A DNA stretch of 64,000 nucleotides, from positions 7,998,001 through 8,062,000 of the forward strand of contig NC_135767.1 of assembly GCF_052425735.1 (NCBI RefSeq), written 5' to 3'. The translations under genes and the position numbers were made by a program. Position 1 is the first letter of the stretch; every line of letters begins with the position of its first letter. The notes beneath the pieces were generated by a model, which made no database searches, was not told the origin of the DNA, and was given only the letters and a program-made list of their open reading frames with translations. This stretch comes from Oculina patagonica (taxonomy: Eukaryota). Positions 46,090 through 60,623 of the stretch are shown piece after piece.

Positions 46090-47985
46090 AATTTCCATTA
46101 GTCCTATAGGTCCAAAGTAAAGACAGTTTAATTGCCCATGTTAAACGTGCCTTCTGGCTCTAGACAGTGAATTAATGTAGATTTGCATTCCCTTGTTTCA
46201 CACACGCGATTTCTAACCGACGCAGTTCAGCATTAAGTGACCCACAAAGTCGGTTTTGACTCGCTGGCATTTCCTAGCACACATCATTCAAAATCATTTC
46301 AATTTTCTAGCACACGAAAACCCAGCTGGCTTGTTACTTGTATTGATCAAACACTGCCTGCCTATAACTAACTTGTCCCAAGCTGGCAAAACACCTGTTA
46401 ATATATCCCACCATTTACATTTATTGCCCTCTGCGCAGTAAAAAGTCTTTAGTTTTGTAAGGCACGTTTGGTAAGGGCATTTGAAGCTTGCTGAGTTACG
46501 CAAATCAAATTTTAATTACGGAAATATATTACTCGTAAATTATTTTGTTGAAAATAGTACAACGAAGAATTTAATGGCACAAAGTTTTGTAAAATTCGTG
46601 AGTACTTGTGATGGTTAGAGAGTTCTAAATTCACACACAAGCCTAAAGTCAAGTGCAATCTTTAGAACTATTAAAACATCACGAGAGTCCCTGATTAACC
46701 ACGAATTGTACTGGAGGTCACGGGGCGTCTTTATTAGTTCTTCAATTTACTCTCTACCGAACAAGAAAACAAGAGGACTGCCTATTAATGTGGCATGTTA
46801 ATTTCTCTATGGTTTATTGTTAGCTTTACTACACCAATCAAAAAAATTAGTCTTATAGGTCCAAAGTATCAAGACAGCTTAATTGCCCATATTAAACATG
46901 CCTTTAGGCTCCAGAAAGTGAATTAATGTAGATTTGCATTCCCTTGTCTCAAATAAGCGATTTAGAACCTACGCAGTTCAGCATAATGTGACCCATAAAG
47001 TCAGTTTTGACTCAATAGCAAAAATGGTTTGTAGAAAGAATAAAACTTCCTAACAGCTGCTTACTTTTTATTGCTTCTTCGGATTAGTTCTGCAAGAGGC
47101 AAAGGTATGTTCTCGTTAATATTTCAAACAAAACTGGTTAATTTTCCTAGACTAGAAAAGTTTAGTATTTGGTTTGGTAGCGGTCAATGGCGCAATAGCT
47201 GCAACAAGAATGTTCACCGTTCATTAAAGTAAGATTAATATTACTCTTGGCTTTAGTGTAAGATCTATCATGTGTGTGCATGACTGAACTCTCAAATGCC
47301 AAGAATTTTTGCAATAAAGTCATATATATCTCACAGCAGGAAAATCCACGTACAGTTCGAGTAAATTTGGCTATTAGGACAAGTTTGTCATGTTTCTAAC
47401 AATTGTTCCGTAAAGATGCAGGAAACGTAGTACAAATTAAAGTGGCACAAAAAACAGTCTTCGTACAGGATGAAGTTCACTATACCTTTTCAAAATTTGT
47501 TGTGATTTGGAGACACATACCAAAAGGAATTTACGACACATTGAGTCAAAGCTTTGACTGAGGATTTAACGGAGTATTTCAGTAGCAATGTTCATTTTTC
47601 AGTGCATGAATCCTAGCTGAGTTGTCACATGTATCGTGCAAACACTGCCTGCAAGTAACTAACTTGTCGATAGCTAGCAAAGAGACCACGTTTTGGTCTT
47701 GGAGTAGTTGTGAAAACAGTTCTGTTCACTTGAGACGTTTCTGGTCGCCAAAACAATAAAATTTAAAGCTTTTCATTTTTTCTGCATATAGTAAAATGTC
47801 ACTTTTGGCTAAATCTGGCAAAGTACTGCTTTCTTTAGTTTAGTTTAAGCTTCAAAAAACCGAAATATATGACTCGTTCTTAAATGTTTTTCAAAACATT
47901 TTCTTATTCGAAATACTTTGAATAACTGAAGAAAATGTCAAAAACTTCTTGTAAAATTCGTGATTAATGAACAATGAAATGATTG

Positions 47986-50900
47986 ATGATTGGTGTAAAG
48001 AAAGAATACAAAGTCGAGGTTTCCTTTTTTTTGGCTGTTAACGTAACTGCCTACTCTTTACTGCTTCTTTGGATAAGATCAGCCAGAGGCGAAGGTAGGT
48101 TGTTGTTAAAGTGTATATGACAGATTTTTTTTATTTGCCTGATCAAATCTACGTGGTATGCTGATGCGAACATCGAAAATAGAAATTCGAAATCTCGTTT
48201 TTTCACCGCGTTTTCGACCTAAAACACGCAATATTTTCACTTCCGGTTGGGTCCAAAACCGCGCACAGTGGGGAGCTGGGTCTATTCTGCTTTTGACGTC
48301 ATGGCCGGTCTAGACCCAGCTCCCCACTTGGCGCCGTGACGTCAAACAAGTGATACACTCAAGAACCAAACAAACTGAACAGGGAATTTCAAAGGAAAAT
48401 TGCGGCTTGGTTGCCGGAAAACCGAAAAAAAGCTAAAGACTTGGAAGTTTATAAATGATCTGAAGTCTAGAGGGATACTAGTGTAATAATATTTTTTTTA
48501 GAAAAGCCGATGGAAACAGCGTGTGAAAATAAAGCTATCATATATCATATCAGCAAATATACAGGTAAGTAAAATGAAAAGGCGGTTTTTAATCTTGACT
48601 TATTAGGCTCAAAACGAATTTAGAAGTAGCGCACGTGTTGTTGTGATTTTAGCGATTTTAAATCTGTGCCGTCGCAGCTTTAAAATTCCATGTTCGGTTT
48701 GTTTGGTTATTGAGTGTATCACTGAGCGCATTCTTGTTTGACGTCACGGCGCACAGTGGGGAGCTGGGTCTAGATCGGCCATGACGTCAAAAGCAGAATA
48801 GACCCAGCTCCCCAATGTGCGCGGTTTTGGACCCAACCGGAAGTGAAATTTCACGATTTTAGAGCGCGAAAACGCGGTGAAGAAAAGAGATTTCGAATTT
48901 CTGTTTTCGATGTTCCCATCAGCGTTCCACGTACATTCGATCAGGCAAATAAAAAAAACTGTGTCATATACACTTTAATGTTTCAAATGAAGTTGCTAAT
49001 TACGTGCGTTTGAGTTCTTTAGTTCTTTAGTTCTTTGTTTTTACATGAACAAACAACCAAACGAACAAAGAAAAGTACTTTTTCAATGTTTAAAACATTG
49101 ACAAGTAGTCTGTATTAAGAGAAAAATTCCGTTTACTGTTTTCAAACATGTCTTTTCTTTCCAGAGATTTTCAAGTTTTTAAAATATGCAAATTAGCAAA
49201 GTGATGACGTCATACTCTGACTCAACCAAATTTTGATCAAATATTGAAAAGAGATATCGGAAATGCTTGATTATTTGAAGTAACACTCTGCTTGTTGTGT
49301 TCCACAATATGAACTTTACAATTTGGTTACATGGCAGAACCCCCGATGCTGAAGACTTTTTGATCTGGCGAGCATATAAATTGATTGGGTAGACGTCTTG
49401 GCCGGGTTTCATTTTTCCAAAGGTACTGAAATTTCTAAAATATTGAAAACAGATTTGTGGAGACTGGAAAACAATGAAATGCTATGGTAAAAGAATTTTA
49501 TTATAACTGTAAGTGTGTCGCCTGTAGAACTATTAGTCTGCCAAGTTTCATTGGTCTCTGCAGGAAAGTGACAAAGATAGCTCAGTTTTTATACTTGACA
49601 TAAAATTGGGTTGAGTAGATGACGAAGAGCAGATAAGAACTTACAATGCTTAAAGACTATGGGTTTTTTTACGAAACACCCTTCAAACACTTAACAGTAT
49701 TTTCCCTTGAAACACTTACAACATTAAAAAATTTTAACAGCAAATACTAAAAATTATGGGCAAATTACACTAAACTAAACCCCAAATCCCATTTAGACCC
49801 TCTTCTCTGATTTCAATAGCTGCATGCATGTTAAAAGCCAGTAAGAATAGAAATAATGAGAAAAATGTAAGTAACAGACGTTATTTAACACAATATACAT
49901 AACCTACTATTTAAATATCTCTTCCTGATAGAAATCCTCGACGATTGCTTCAATAATGCTGTTGGCGTTGCAAATCGGTCTATTATCCCTGTTGATCAGA
50001 TGACAGCCTCTTCCGTTTATTATACCCAAAACGGTGTTTATCACCCATATTACGGTCGACTTTACGGTAGTAGAAGCGGAAGCGATATATGGTGCGCTTC
50101 GTCAGAATATAACGTTGACGAGTGGCTCCAAGTTGACCTCGGAAAAGCATTTACAGTGTGTGGCGTGGCTACACAGGGAGCAGTTAAAGCTGAAGCATGG
50201 GTAACAGATTTCAATCTGAACTATTCATCTGATGAAAACGTCTGGGAAACTTATAAGTACGAAAATGGAACTGAAGCGGTAAGATTTCATTTTATTTATA
50301 TTATAACAGCGCCCGAAGAGGAGCAAAGAGCACTACATCTTTTTCCCTTCCTTTTGCCCTTCCTTGTAAAGAAAAACTTTCTCTCTGCCAACGTTTTCAT
50401 TTAAGGCTCGTTGTCAATAACGAATCTATGAAGTTCTCCTTTATTGTACAATGTATCTCGGGGGGAGGGGATTCCTATATGATGGGGAGGGGATGCTCGT
50501 CGGAAATTTTAATTACAAACAGCCCCTAAAAGAGACCATTCTGGGTGTGACTCAAGCTTTTTATGACCCCTAAAAGAAAGAAAAAATAGAAAAAATATAT
50601 AATTTATATTTGTATATTTCTTCGTGTGCAGCCCTAAACGAGACCATTATGGCTAAAAACATTGGTGTTTTGCCCGCAACACCCTACGTGAGAGCAAAAA
50701 TCCGAAATTTACACGCCTAAGCAAGACGAAGAGCCCCCCGCCCCCCCCCCCGGCGATGTTTATCTGATCTTCCTGTTGCTAAAATGTCAAAGTTTTGCAA
50801 TTTGAAGTTGCCATTTGTTTCTTTCAACTTGAAATTGTATTCAAGGCAAGTTGCTGAGACTGTGATGATTTTTATAACATAGTAAAAACAAAGCGGTGAT

Positions 50901-53900
50901 TACATCATAAAAAACTGAGCATCTCAAAGTACTCACGAAAAGCTGTCACACATCAGCCATTGAAGATCATAAAATGGGCCTTTACAGTAAACGGGACTTC
51001 TTCAGACCGTAATCTTACTTATCGTAGTCTCTGTTGTTTGCAATTATCATAAATAAGGCTATGATTGCTGATGCCAATATGAGAGACTCAGGAACAGACT
51101 ACCCTATCGACATTGTTCGTATAGCTCAATTCAAGTATTGTTTAACTTAATGAGAATTCAGTAATACTGTTAGCTTCAGTTATGAGTTGTTAGAACCAAC
51201 AAAAATAAGAGATTTTCATTTTTATATTTTATTTCATTTTTAGCTCTTGTAGGGCAAAAGGTGTCAATTATTTTTATTCTATATGGGGTGTCGTCGTGCG
51301 TCTAAAGTTAATTGTGGGCGGGTGAGGTGTGAGTGGGAAGGTGTGTATGCGCGGGCGCGTCCGCATTTATATTTGGCGCATTTTTTTGTGAAAATGCACT
51401 TTATTCAATATAATAATAATAAGAAATACTATAATAGAAATTACTGTGTGTTATCTGTTTAAAGGAATTTCATAGGGAAGGTAACAATACCATAGTTGAT
51501 CACCACAAGTTACCAGTACCAGTGTCTGCAAGATACATTCGTTTTAATCCAACCAAAAAACACCAATGGAACTGTCTCAGAGTCGAGGTGTACGGCATCA
51601 ACAGTGAGTTGTCAGTTTTAGTTTACATTTCCTTAAAGTAAGTAAATATTCTTGAGAAATACGGTATTTAAGACCTTCTATTGATTGTAAGTAAAAGGGT
51701 AGTTCGGTGTCATTAAAGCTTCTGAACGACTTCCATGGGTAATTTTGGCGGTGTAAACCAGATATAAATGAACCATGACATTCCGTCGTTTTTATCATTT
51801 TAAAGTCTAGAAAAGAATAGTTTTGTTTGACTGAGCTAAAGCATGTTTTCGAACTCTGTCTACTGGATAAACATCAGCTACTCTTTGAACAAAGTGAGTA
51901 AACCACAATAAGGACCATAATCATGAAAGCATTTGTAAGTCTTGTATAAGACATATATAGGAGGAGCCCCTAAAGATATCACAGAAGAAAACTGGTGTTT
52001 ATACTATGCTACTTAGGTTGATTCTCAGGCAGATTAAGGCCTGATTAAGGCTATTAAATACTGGACTATTTCACATAATAATTATATATGGTTAGATTCT
52101 TTCCTCCTGAGTTGAAAATTAGTGCTGGAATGATATAAAATACTAAAGCAATCCACCGAAAGGAAAAAAATGACTGATCTACATTTCACCACAATACCAT
52201 GCGAACTTAACACAGCCAAAAGAAACATAGAGAGCCATATATTTTCCGAAAGTTTTCCCTGTACTCATATCATTCAGCGTATGCGTATATATGGACAGAT
52301 TTCTTTTTTACTGAGTTGAAAATTACTGCTGGCATGATCTAAGATACTAAAGCAATCCACCGTAAGAAAAAAGATGGCAGATGTATATTTCACCGCAATA
52401 CCCTTCGAACCTAACAGAGCAAATAGAGTGCCATATTTTTTTCGAATTTTTTTCCTGTGCTAATAATATTCAGCGTATGTTAAGTCTGAAGTTTTAAAAA
52501 CTTTTATATGCGCTTCTATAAGTGTTTAAGGTTTGTTGGGTATGAATTATGGGTAAAAGTAAATGAATTATGGGTAATTATAATTAAGTTTTCATATAAC
52601 GCGCGCTCTGAATGGCTGAAACAGTGTACTTTATCAGAGTCCAGATGTACGGAGGAAATGTCACGCCATCGACCCAATATGGCCGACAAATTCCCGAACG
52701 TCTCTCTCGGGTTTTGTCTTGACCCTGACATCTTCTTTGACCTGGAAAACGAGAATTAAAACGAGTTTTTGGCGTCATTTAATTTAGAACGTCCTGTTCC
52801 TAACAGCACAAATTGCACAGCAAAAATTGCACCGAGCTGGAAAGTAAGCTTATAAACAACAAAACAAACAACCAAAGATTTTTAAACAAGTCAAAGCCGA
52901 AATTGAAGACATTATAACGAGAGCAGAAACGAAAAACACGAAAGATAGCACAAAATGGGCTATCCGAGTTTTTGAATGTGAGTTTCACATTATTATTACA
53001 CCACTAAAAGTACGGAAATATAAGCAACTCAAACACCGTTACCCGCACGGCTTTTCGTGTAAAAAACAAAACAAGCAAACAGCAATTTAAAAAACAGAAA
53101 ACTAAATTAGCTAGCGAATACACACACAATTCAGACCTATCATATACTGAATATTTTTTTTTGGCGTTTTCAAAACAGCTTTGGTGCCGTGAAAGAAAAA
53201 ATTGCAAAAAAGAAAGCCTTCACGAAATTACCAACAAAGAAGCTAGACAACAAACTCGGTAAATTCTACGCCGAAGTTCGAACAAAAAACGGTGAACTCT
53301 ACTCAAGGTCATCGCTTCTTGGATTTCGCAACGCTATCGAGAGGCACCTAAACAATCCACCCCTAAACCTAGGAATTTCTATTGCAAAAGGGGTTGAATT
53401 TCAAGCTTCAAACAAGCTGATGCAAAGTCAGAAAAATGAAGCGCGAAAACAAAGAAAACACCAAACACAAGTTTACCTACAATTCCAGTAGCAGACCTCC
53501 AGAAACTGAAAGTCCCAGTGCAATTCTGGAAGACAATCCTGTTCCTATATCCTTTCCAGTGCGATGGGTGGAAGGCCACAACAATCACAGCAGCCGACTC
53601 TTTTTCCCTTGAATCCGATGGTTGTAAATGATTCGCGAAACACGCCGCACGGCCGCATTTTGTGAAGAACCAGCCACAAGCTTTGAGCAGTTTGTTTTCT
53701 AGTTGTCAAGTAAACAACGTGCAAGTTTTCATGGGCCAGAATTCAGTCGGTTTTTACTGAACAGGCTAGTTTTCTATCCTGTGTTGTTCTAAAATTCCTA
53801 AGAACTTCAAGGACTCGTGTTAAATTCGAATTCCACTTGACATTTTCAGCTTGTGAATTTCTGAACTTTGATGGTTTCTGAACTTGATACTTTGACATTG

Positions 53901-56642
53901 GTTTGACAGCTGTTGACAGCTGTTGGCTTATTCAACCAATAGAATTCTTTCAACCATTCTAACAAGCTTTGTGATTGGCTAATTGTTGCGTACTTTATCA
54001 GTGTACAAATGTATCGGTCACCATCTTAAGGCGTATCGTGGATGCGGAAACCACAAAGTGCGGCAGTTTTTCGGGACTTTTGCATGTATTAAAGTGTCAA
54101 ATACATGAGAAGTCCTATCAGTAAGTCAAACACATACGTGTAGAAAAATGCTTACATACAAGAATTTAATACAACATAGTTAACAGCACCTTTAATAAAG
54201 GTTAAAGTTAGCTAGAGAAACTTCGATCTACGACGAAATTTCTGCAGCCAAAATGTGCAAAGTTTAGGCTATTTAAAATTAGCAAGAGGCAAAAAACCAG
54301 ATGCCCCGGCAGGCTAAATTGATATTAAATGAAATGTTCAAACGTTCTCGCTGAATTGCATTTACTTTTTTGCAGATGACATTTGCGCCAGCTCTCCATG
54401 CAATAACAATGGTGTTTGTACAAGTTTCGTTGGTGGGTATAACTGCACTTGTTCGCCGGGATTCTATGGAGAGAACTGTGAGATAAGTAAGTTAAAAGAA
54501 GGTAAAACGACCCTGCAAGAAGACATATGAGTGTTGTGTTGTGTGTGAAAATATTTTATATATCTCCAATCACATTCAGTGTTATCAATGTAATAGCTTA
54601 ATTATAGATATAAGGCCTTTATTGGTTTTCTGGGATTTTAAATAAATTCTTGACACCAGAAAAGAGTCTTTTGCAAGCTACCGAGAAGAAATGAAAATTA
54701 CGACCCGCCAAGCCCCACCTTTCTTTTCCCAATCTTTTGGGTGGAGCTGCAAGCATTTGGCACCACGTTGTCAGGAATGTAATTAAAATACCTTTGTCCT
54801 ATAATAATTTTTTGTTTAACGCTCCGTGTTCTTGACGTCGTTTGCGCCAAATATGTAACGAAACTTCCGTTACTCTAAAAATTACTTCGACCAGAGTGAT
54901 ATACCCATCTCTTATCAATAACAAAATAACTTTAGAATAACAGAATAACTTTATTGCTATATTTTTTGCCCAGTAGTACCATATGAAAATGGTTTAAATT
55001 TGGAAAGTACTCGATTTGAAAGTTAGAACCACATTGTTCAGCATAATAAACAGCACCACATGAAAATAAACAAGGCAAAGTCTGTTCTTAGTCGGACATT
55101 TTGGAGCAAAATTATCTCAAAAAGTTTCACTTAAAATGCTTTTTCTTGACAAATCACGAACCACGCTCACCCTCACGCTTCACCCTTGTGTTCTTGTTCC
55201 ACGCTATGTCCCACTGTACCACGTGTTTTGCAGGCTAGCTTTTTAATTTCTTTTTTGTCCATCAGTTGCTGACAACTGCGCCAGCTCTCCGTGCGGAAAT
55301 AATGGTAATTGTACAAGTTTTACTGGTGGGTACAACTGTACTTGTCGGCCGGGATTTACTGGAGGAAACTGTGAGATAGGTAAGTTGAACAAAAGGCAAA
55401 CGTGTTTTTACTTTTATCTGTCAGTTCTTATGATTGGTTACAGCTTTAAAGAACCTACGTCACGGAGAACGCATCTTGAAAAAAACTGCCAAGTTTTTTA
55501 AAGTTTGTTAATCGTCATCTCTCTTACTCTTATTCAGTCAAAACCATCCTTGGTTATTTTCGCGTTTTTATTACTCCTTTGTTGTTTTTCTACGTTAGAA
55601 AATTATTATTTTTAGGTTTCTTCAATTAAGAAGTAATCAGAAAAATGGCTTAAATGTCGTGACACTGCTCCTTTAAACCTAACTATTAGACCGTAGCCTC
55701 CTCCGCAGTGCAGGGAGAGAGAGCTCTGGGGAGGACTTATATCTGCCCACTCCATTAATTAATCTCCGCCCCAGTACTCTGTATCCCCAAGCCGCTGCTT
55801 TTGAGTTAAGGTTCTTGTAGTGTACGGGAAAGTATTTTTCTTAACTTATAATCAAATGTACATTGCAGCAGGCAATTACATGTAAAGTTCGCATTAAATC
55901 TGATCCATGAAGATCCATGAAGTATATTGCAGCAAAATGGCGCAAAAAGAAGTTTTGAGACAACACGAATTTCAGATCAATATGCCTCTTCAAAATTGAC
56001 TATAATTAATCGTTTCAATAACAAATTTCGAGGTAAGCAAGTCTTTGATAACCTTTCTTGTGCGAGAAAGTCAAAGGTATATTCAATCGGTTATACAAAC
56101 AGTAAAAACACAGCAAGAAAGAAGCCATTTTAGGGCACGTGATAGATTCTCGAATGGTGTAGGCGTTCAATTACGGATATACAACTTCAATACCTGTGAT
56201 TGGACACGCACGTGAACGCGCTTAAATTGCATGACAAATAAGTGCGCGGGTAACCAATCAGAAGCGAGATCGAGAACATTTTTATTGGTTTTGTTATTAG
56301 TAATTTGATGTTGATACGATTATCAAAGAAATCAGTTGAAAGTAATTATGTTATGTTGAGTTGTATACATCTTTGTTTTTTTTTTACTATACATTTTAGA
56401 CCAAGAGCCACCATTGCTCACGTGCCCAAACGACATCATAATGCACAACGTTCCACCACCTGTAATGACCGTTACCTGGCCGGCGCCTACAGCTACGGAT
56501 AATTCAGGCTTGCCGCCATCTCTTACCCCTTACATACCACCTGGTTCCCCTTTTCCTGTCCCTAGTTCAACTGAAGTACTTTATACGGCGACAGATGACG
56601 CTGGAAATTCAGCAACCTGTACATTCCTAGTAACTTTGACAC
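47986..56642 (+). CDS. 5' part of an F5/8 type C (discoidin) / EGF / EGF / HYR extracellular protein gene
   Basis: Exons: putative signal exon 47986-48094 (..[16 protein letters not shown], phase 1, least certain); F5/8C 49932-50278 ([25 protein letters not shown]) and 51465-51603 ([18 protein letters not shown]); EGF 54376-54486; EGF 55266-55379; HYR 56400-56642. All GT-AG with compatible phases. No stop or TM exon found on this strand. Confidence 0.78.
48110..48974. mobile_element. Kolobok-like non-autonomous DNA transposon with long TIRs
   Basis: TTAA|AGTGTATATGACA ... TGTCATATACACT|TTAA. Inverted arms of roughly 250 bp, each with an internal GTGGGGAGCTGGGTCTA palindrome. Confidence 0.75.
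52583..53620 (+). mobile_element. Crypton-like (DUF3504/KCTD1-type tyrosine recombinase) relic
   Basis: [40 protein letters not shown]...EFQASN matches the Crypton-derived domain pattern; frameshifted. Boundaries approximate. Confidence 0.7.
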
Positions 56643-59585
56643 GTAAGTACAGGACAAAAGTTCCGGAATCTATTCAGGCCCAATAATTAACCTCATGAAA
56701 TTTGGATCGGCTTCATGCAGTATTATGTATGTTATTTCTCACGAACGGTTAGAACTAAGAACTTATATATAATTAAATTATATAATTAATTATATGTTGG
56801 TAAACCCCAATGGCTTTAATTTCATTTGAATGGTCACAACTAGAGACTTTTTAGTAGATTTGAAAGTTTACATCTTGTACAACACAATAAATGGTCAATT
56901 ACAATGCACTGTTCAAAACCTTACATTGGGATGGTTCTATACTAGGATAATATTCGAGACTTGAATGTTACAATGACATTGTCAGTACAGCATAGCAAAC
57001 AGTACCGACTACTATGTATGATTTCGGGAATCCCGGTTAAAATTCTCAGCTCATCGTCGATCCGCTGTATTTTTGTAGAAGCGGAAGCGATATATGGTGC
57101 GCTTCGTCAGAATATAACGTTGACGAGTGGCTCCAAGTTGACCTCGGAAAAGCATTTACAGTGTGTGGCGTGGCTACACAGGGAGCAGTTAAAGCTGAAG
57201 CATGGGTAACAGATTTCAATCTGAACTATTCATCTGATGAAAACGTCTGGGAAACTTATAAGTACGAAAATGGAACTGAAGCGGTAAGATTTCATTTTAT
57301 TTATATTATAACAGCGCCCGAAGAGGAGCAAAGAGCACTACATCTTTTTCCCTTCCTTTTGCCCTTCCTTGTAAAGAAAAACTTTCTCTCTGCCAACGTT
57401 TTCATTTAAGGCTCGTTGTCAATAACGAATCTATGAAGTTCTCCTTTATTGTACAATGTATCTCGGGGGGAGGGGATTCCTATATGATGGGGAGGGGATG
57501 CTCGTCGGAAATTTTAATTACAAACAGCCCCTAAAAGAGACCATTCTGGGTGTGACTCAAGCTTTTTATGACCCCTAAAAGAAAAAAAAAATAGAAAAAA
57601 TATATAATTTATATTTGTATATTTCTTCGTGTGCAGCCCTAAACGAGACCATTATGGCTAAAAACATTGGTGTTTTGCCCGCAACACCCTACGTGAGAGC
57701 AAAAATCCGAAATTTACACGCCTAAGCAAGACGAAGAGCGCCCCCCCCCCCCGGCGATGTTTATCTGATCTTCCTGTTGCTAAAATGTCAAAGTTTTGCA
57801 ATTTGAAGTTGCCATTTGTTTCTTTCAACTTGAAATTGTATTCAAGGCAAGTTGCTGAGACTGTGATGATTTTTATAACATAGTAAAAACAAAGCGGTGA
57901 TTACATCATAAAAAACTGAGCATCTCAAAGTACTCACGAAAAGCTGTCACACATCAGCCATTGAAGATCATAAAATGGGCCTTTACAGTAAACGGGACTT
58001 CTTCAGACCGTAATCTTACTTATCGTAGTCTCTGTTGTTTGCAATTATCATAAATAAGGCTATGATTGCTGATGCCAATATGAGAGACTCAGGAACAGAC
58101 TACCCTATCGACATTGTTCGTATAGCTCAATTCAAGTATTGTTTAACTTAATGAGAATTCAGTAATACTGTTAGCTTCAGTTATGAGTTGTTAGAACCAA
58201 CAAAAATAAGAGATTTTCATTTTTATATTTTATTTCATTTTTAGCTCTTGTAGGGCAAAAGGTGTCAATTATTTTTATTCTATATGGGGTGTCGTCGTGC
58301 GTCTAAAGTTAATTGTGGGCGGGTGAGGTGTGAGTGGGAAGGTGTGTATGCGCGGGCGCGTCCGCATTTATATTTGGCGCATTTTTTTGTGAAAATGCAC
58401 TTTATTCAATATAATAATAATAAGAAATACTATAATAGAAATTACTGTGTGTTATCTGTTTAAAGGAATTTCATAGGGAAGGTAACAATACCATAGTTGA
58501 TCACCACAAGTTACCAGTACCAGTGTCTGCAAGATACATTCGTTTTAATCCAACCAAAAAACACCAATGGAACTGTCTCAGAGTCGAGGTGTACGGCATC
58601 AACAGTGAGTTGTCAGTTTTAGTTTACATTTCCTTAAAGTAAGTAAATATTCTTGAGAAATACGGTATTTAAGACCTTCTATTGATTGTAAGTAAAAGGG
58701 TAGTTCGGTGTCATTAAAGCTTCTGAACGACTTCCATGGGTAATTTTGGCGGTGTAAACCAGATATAAATGAACCATGACATTCCGTCGTTTTTATCATT
58801 TTAAAGTCTAGAAAAGAATAGTTTTGTTTGACTGAGCTAAAGCATGTTTTCGAACTCTGTCTACTGGATAAACATCAGCTACTCTTTGAACAAAGTGAGT
58901 AAACCACAATAAGGACCATAATCATGAAAGCATTTGTAAGTCTTGTATAAGACATATATAGGAGGAGCCCCTAAAGATATCACAGAAGAAAACTGGTGTT
59001 TATACTATGCTACTTAGGTTGATTCTCAGGCAGATTAAGGCCTGATTAAGGCTATTAAATACTGGACTATTTCACATAATAATTATATATGGTTAGATTC
59101 TTTCCTCCTGAGTTGAAAATTAGTGCTGGAATGATATAAAATACTAAAGCAATCCACCGAAAGGAAAAAAATGACTGATCTACATTTCACCACAATACCA
59201 TGCGAACTTAACACAGCCAAAAGAAACATAGAGAGCCATATATTTTCCGAAAGTTTTCCCTGTACTCATATCATTCAGCGTATGCGTATATATGGATAGA
59301 TTTCTTTTTTACTGAGTTGAAAATTACTGCTGGCATGATCTAAGATACTAAAGCAATCCACCGTAAGAAAAAAGATGGCAGATGTATATTTCACCGCAAT
59401 ACCCTTCGAACCTAACAGAGCAAATAGAGTGCCATATTTTTTTCGAATTTTTTTTTGCTGTGCTAATAATATTCAGCGTATGTTAAGTCTGAAGTTTTAA
59501 AAACTTTTATATGCGCTTCTATAAGTGTTTAAGGTTTGTTGGGTATGAATTATGGGTAAAAGTAAATGAATTATGGGTAATTATA

Positions 59586-60623
59586 ATTAAGTTTTCATAT
59601 AACGCGCGCTCTGAATGGCTGAAACAGTGTACTTTATCAGAGTCCAGATGTACGGAGGAAATGTCACGCCATCGACCCAATATGGCCGACAAATTCCCGA
59701 ACGTCTCTCTCGGGTTTTGTCTTGACCCTGACATCTTCTTTGACCTGGAAAACGAGAATTAAAACGAGTTTTTGGCGTCATTTAATTTAGAACGTCCTGT
59801 TCCTAACAGCACAAATTGCACAGCAAAAATTGCACCGAGCCGGAAAGTAAGCTTATAAACAACAAAACAAACAACCAAAGATTTTTAAACAAGTCAAAGC
59901 CGAAATTGAAGATATTATAACGAGAGCAGAAACGAAAAACACGAAAGATAGCACAAAATGGGCTATCCGAGTTTTTGAATGTGAGTTTCACATTATTATT
60001 ACACCACTAAAAGTACGGAAATATAAGCAACTCAAACACCGTTACCCGCACGGCTTTTCGTGTAAAAAACAAAACAAGCAAACAGCAATTTAAAAAACAG
60101 AAAACTAAATTAGCTAGCGAATACACACACAATTCAGACCTATCATATACTGAATATTTTTTTTTGGCGTTTTCAAAACAGCTTTGGTGCCGTGAAAGAA
60201 AAAATTGCAAAAAAGAAAGCCTTCACGAAATTACCAACAAAGAAGCTAGACAACAAACTCGGTAAATTCTACGCCGAAGTTCGAACAAAAAACGGTGAAC
60301 TCTACTCAAGGTCATCGCTTCTTGGATTTCGCAACGCTATCGAGAGGCACCTAAACAATCCACCCCTAAACCTAGGAATTTCTATTGCAAAAGGGGTTGA
60401 ATTTCAAGCTTCAAACAAGCTGATGCAAAGTCAGAAAAATGAAGCGCGAAAACAAAGAAAACACCAAACACAAGTTTACCTACCATTCCAGTAGCAGACC
60501 TCCAGAAACTGAAAGTCCCAGTGCAATTCTGGAAGACAATCCTGTTCCTATATCCTTTCCAGTGCGATGGGTGGAAGGCCACAACAATCACAGCAGCCGA
60601 CTCTTTTTCCCTTGAATCCGATG
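59586..60623 (+). mobile_element. Crypton-like relic (duplicated copy)
   Basis: Near-identical to 52583-53620. Confidence 0.7.

Noticed and set aside
53189-53491. Host KCTD1- or ZMYM-like gene
   Set aside because: A short frameshifted fragment in an intron with no other domains; consistent with a Crypton relic.
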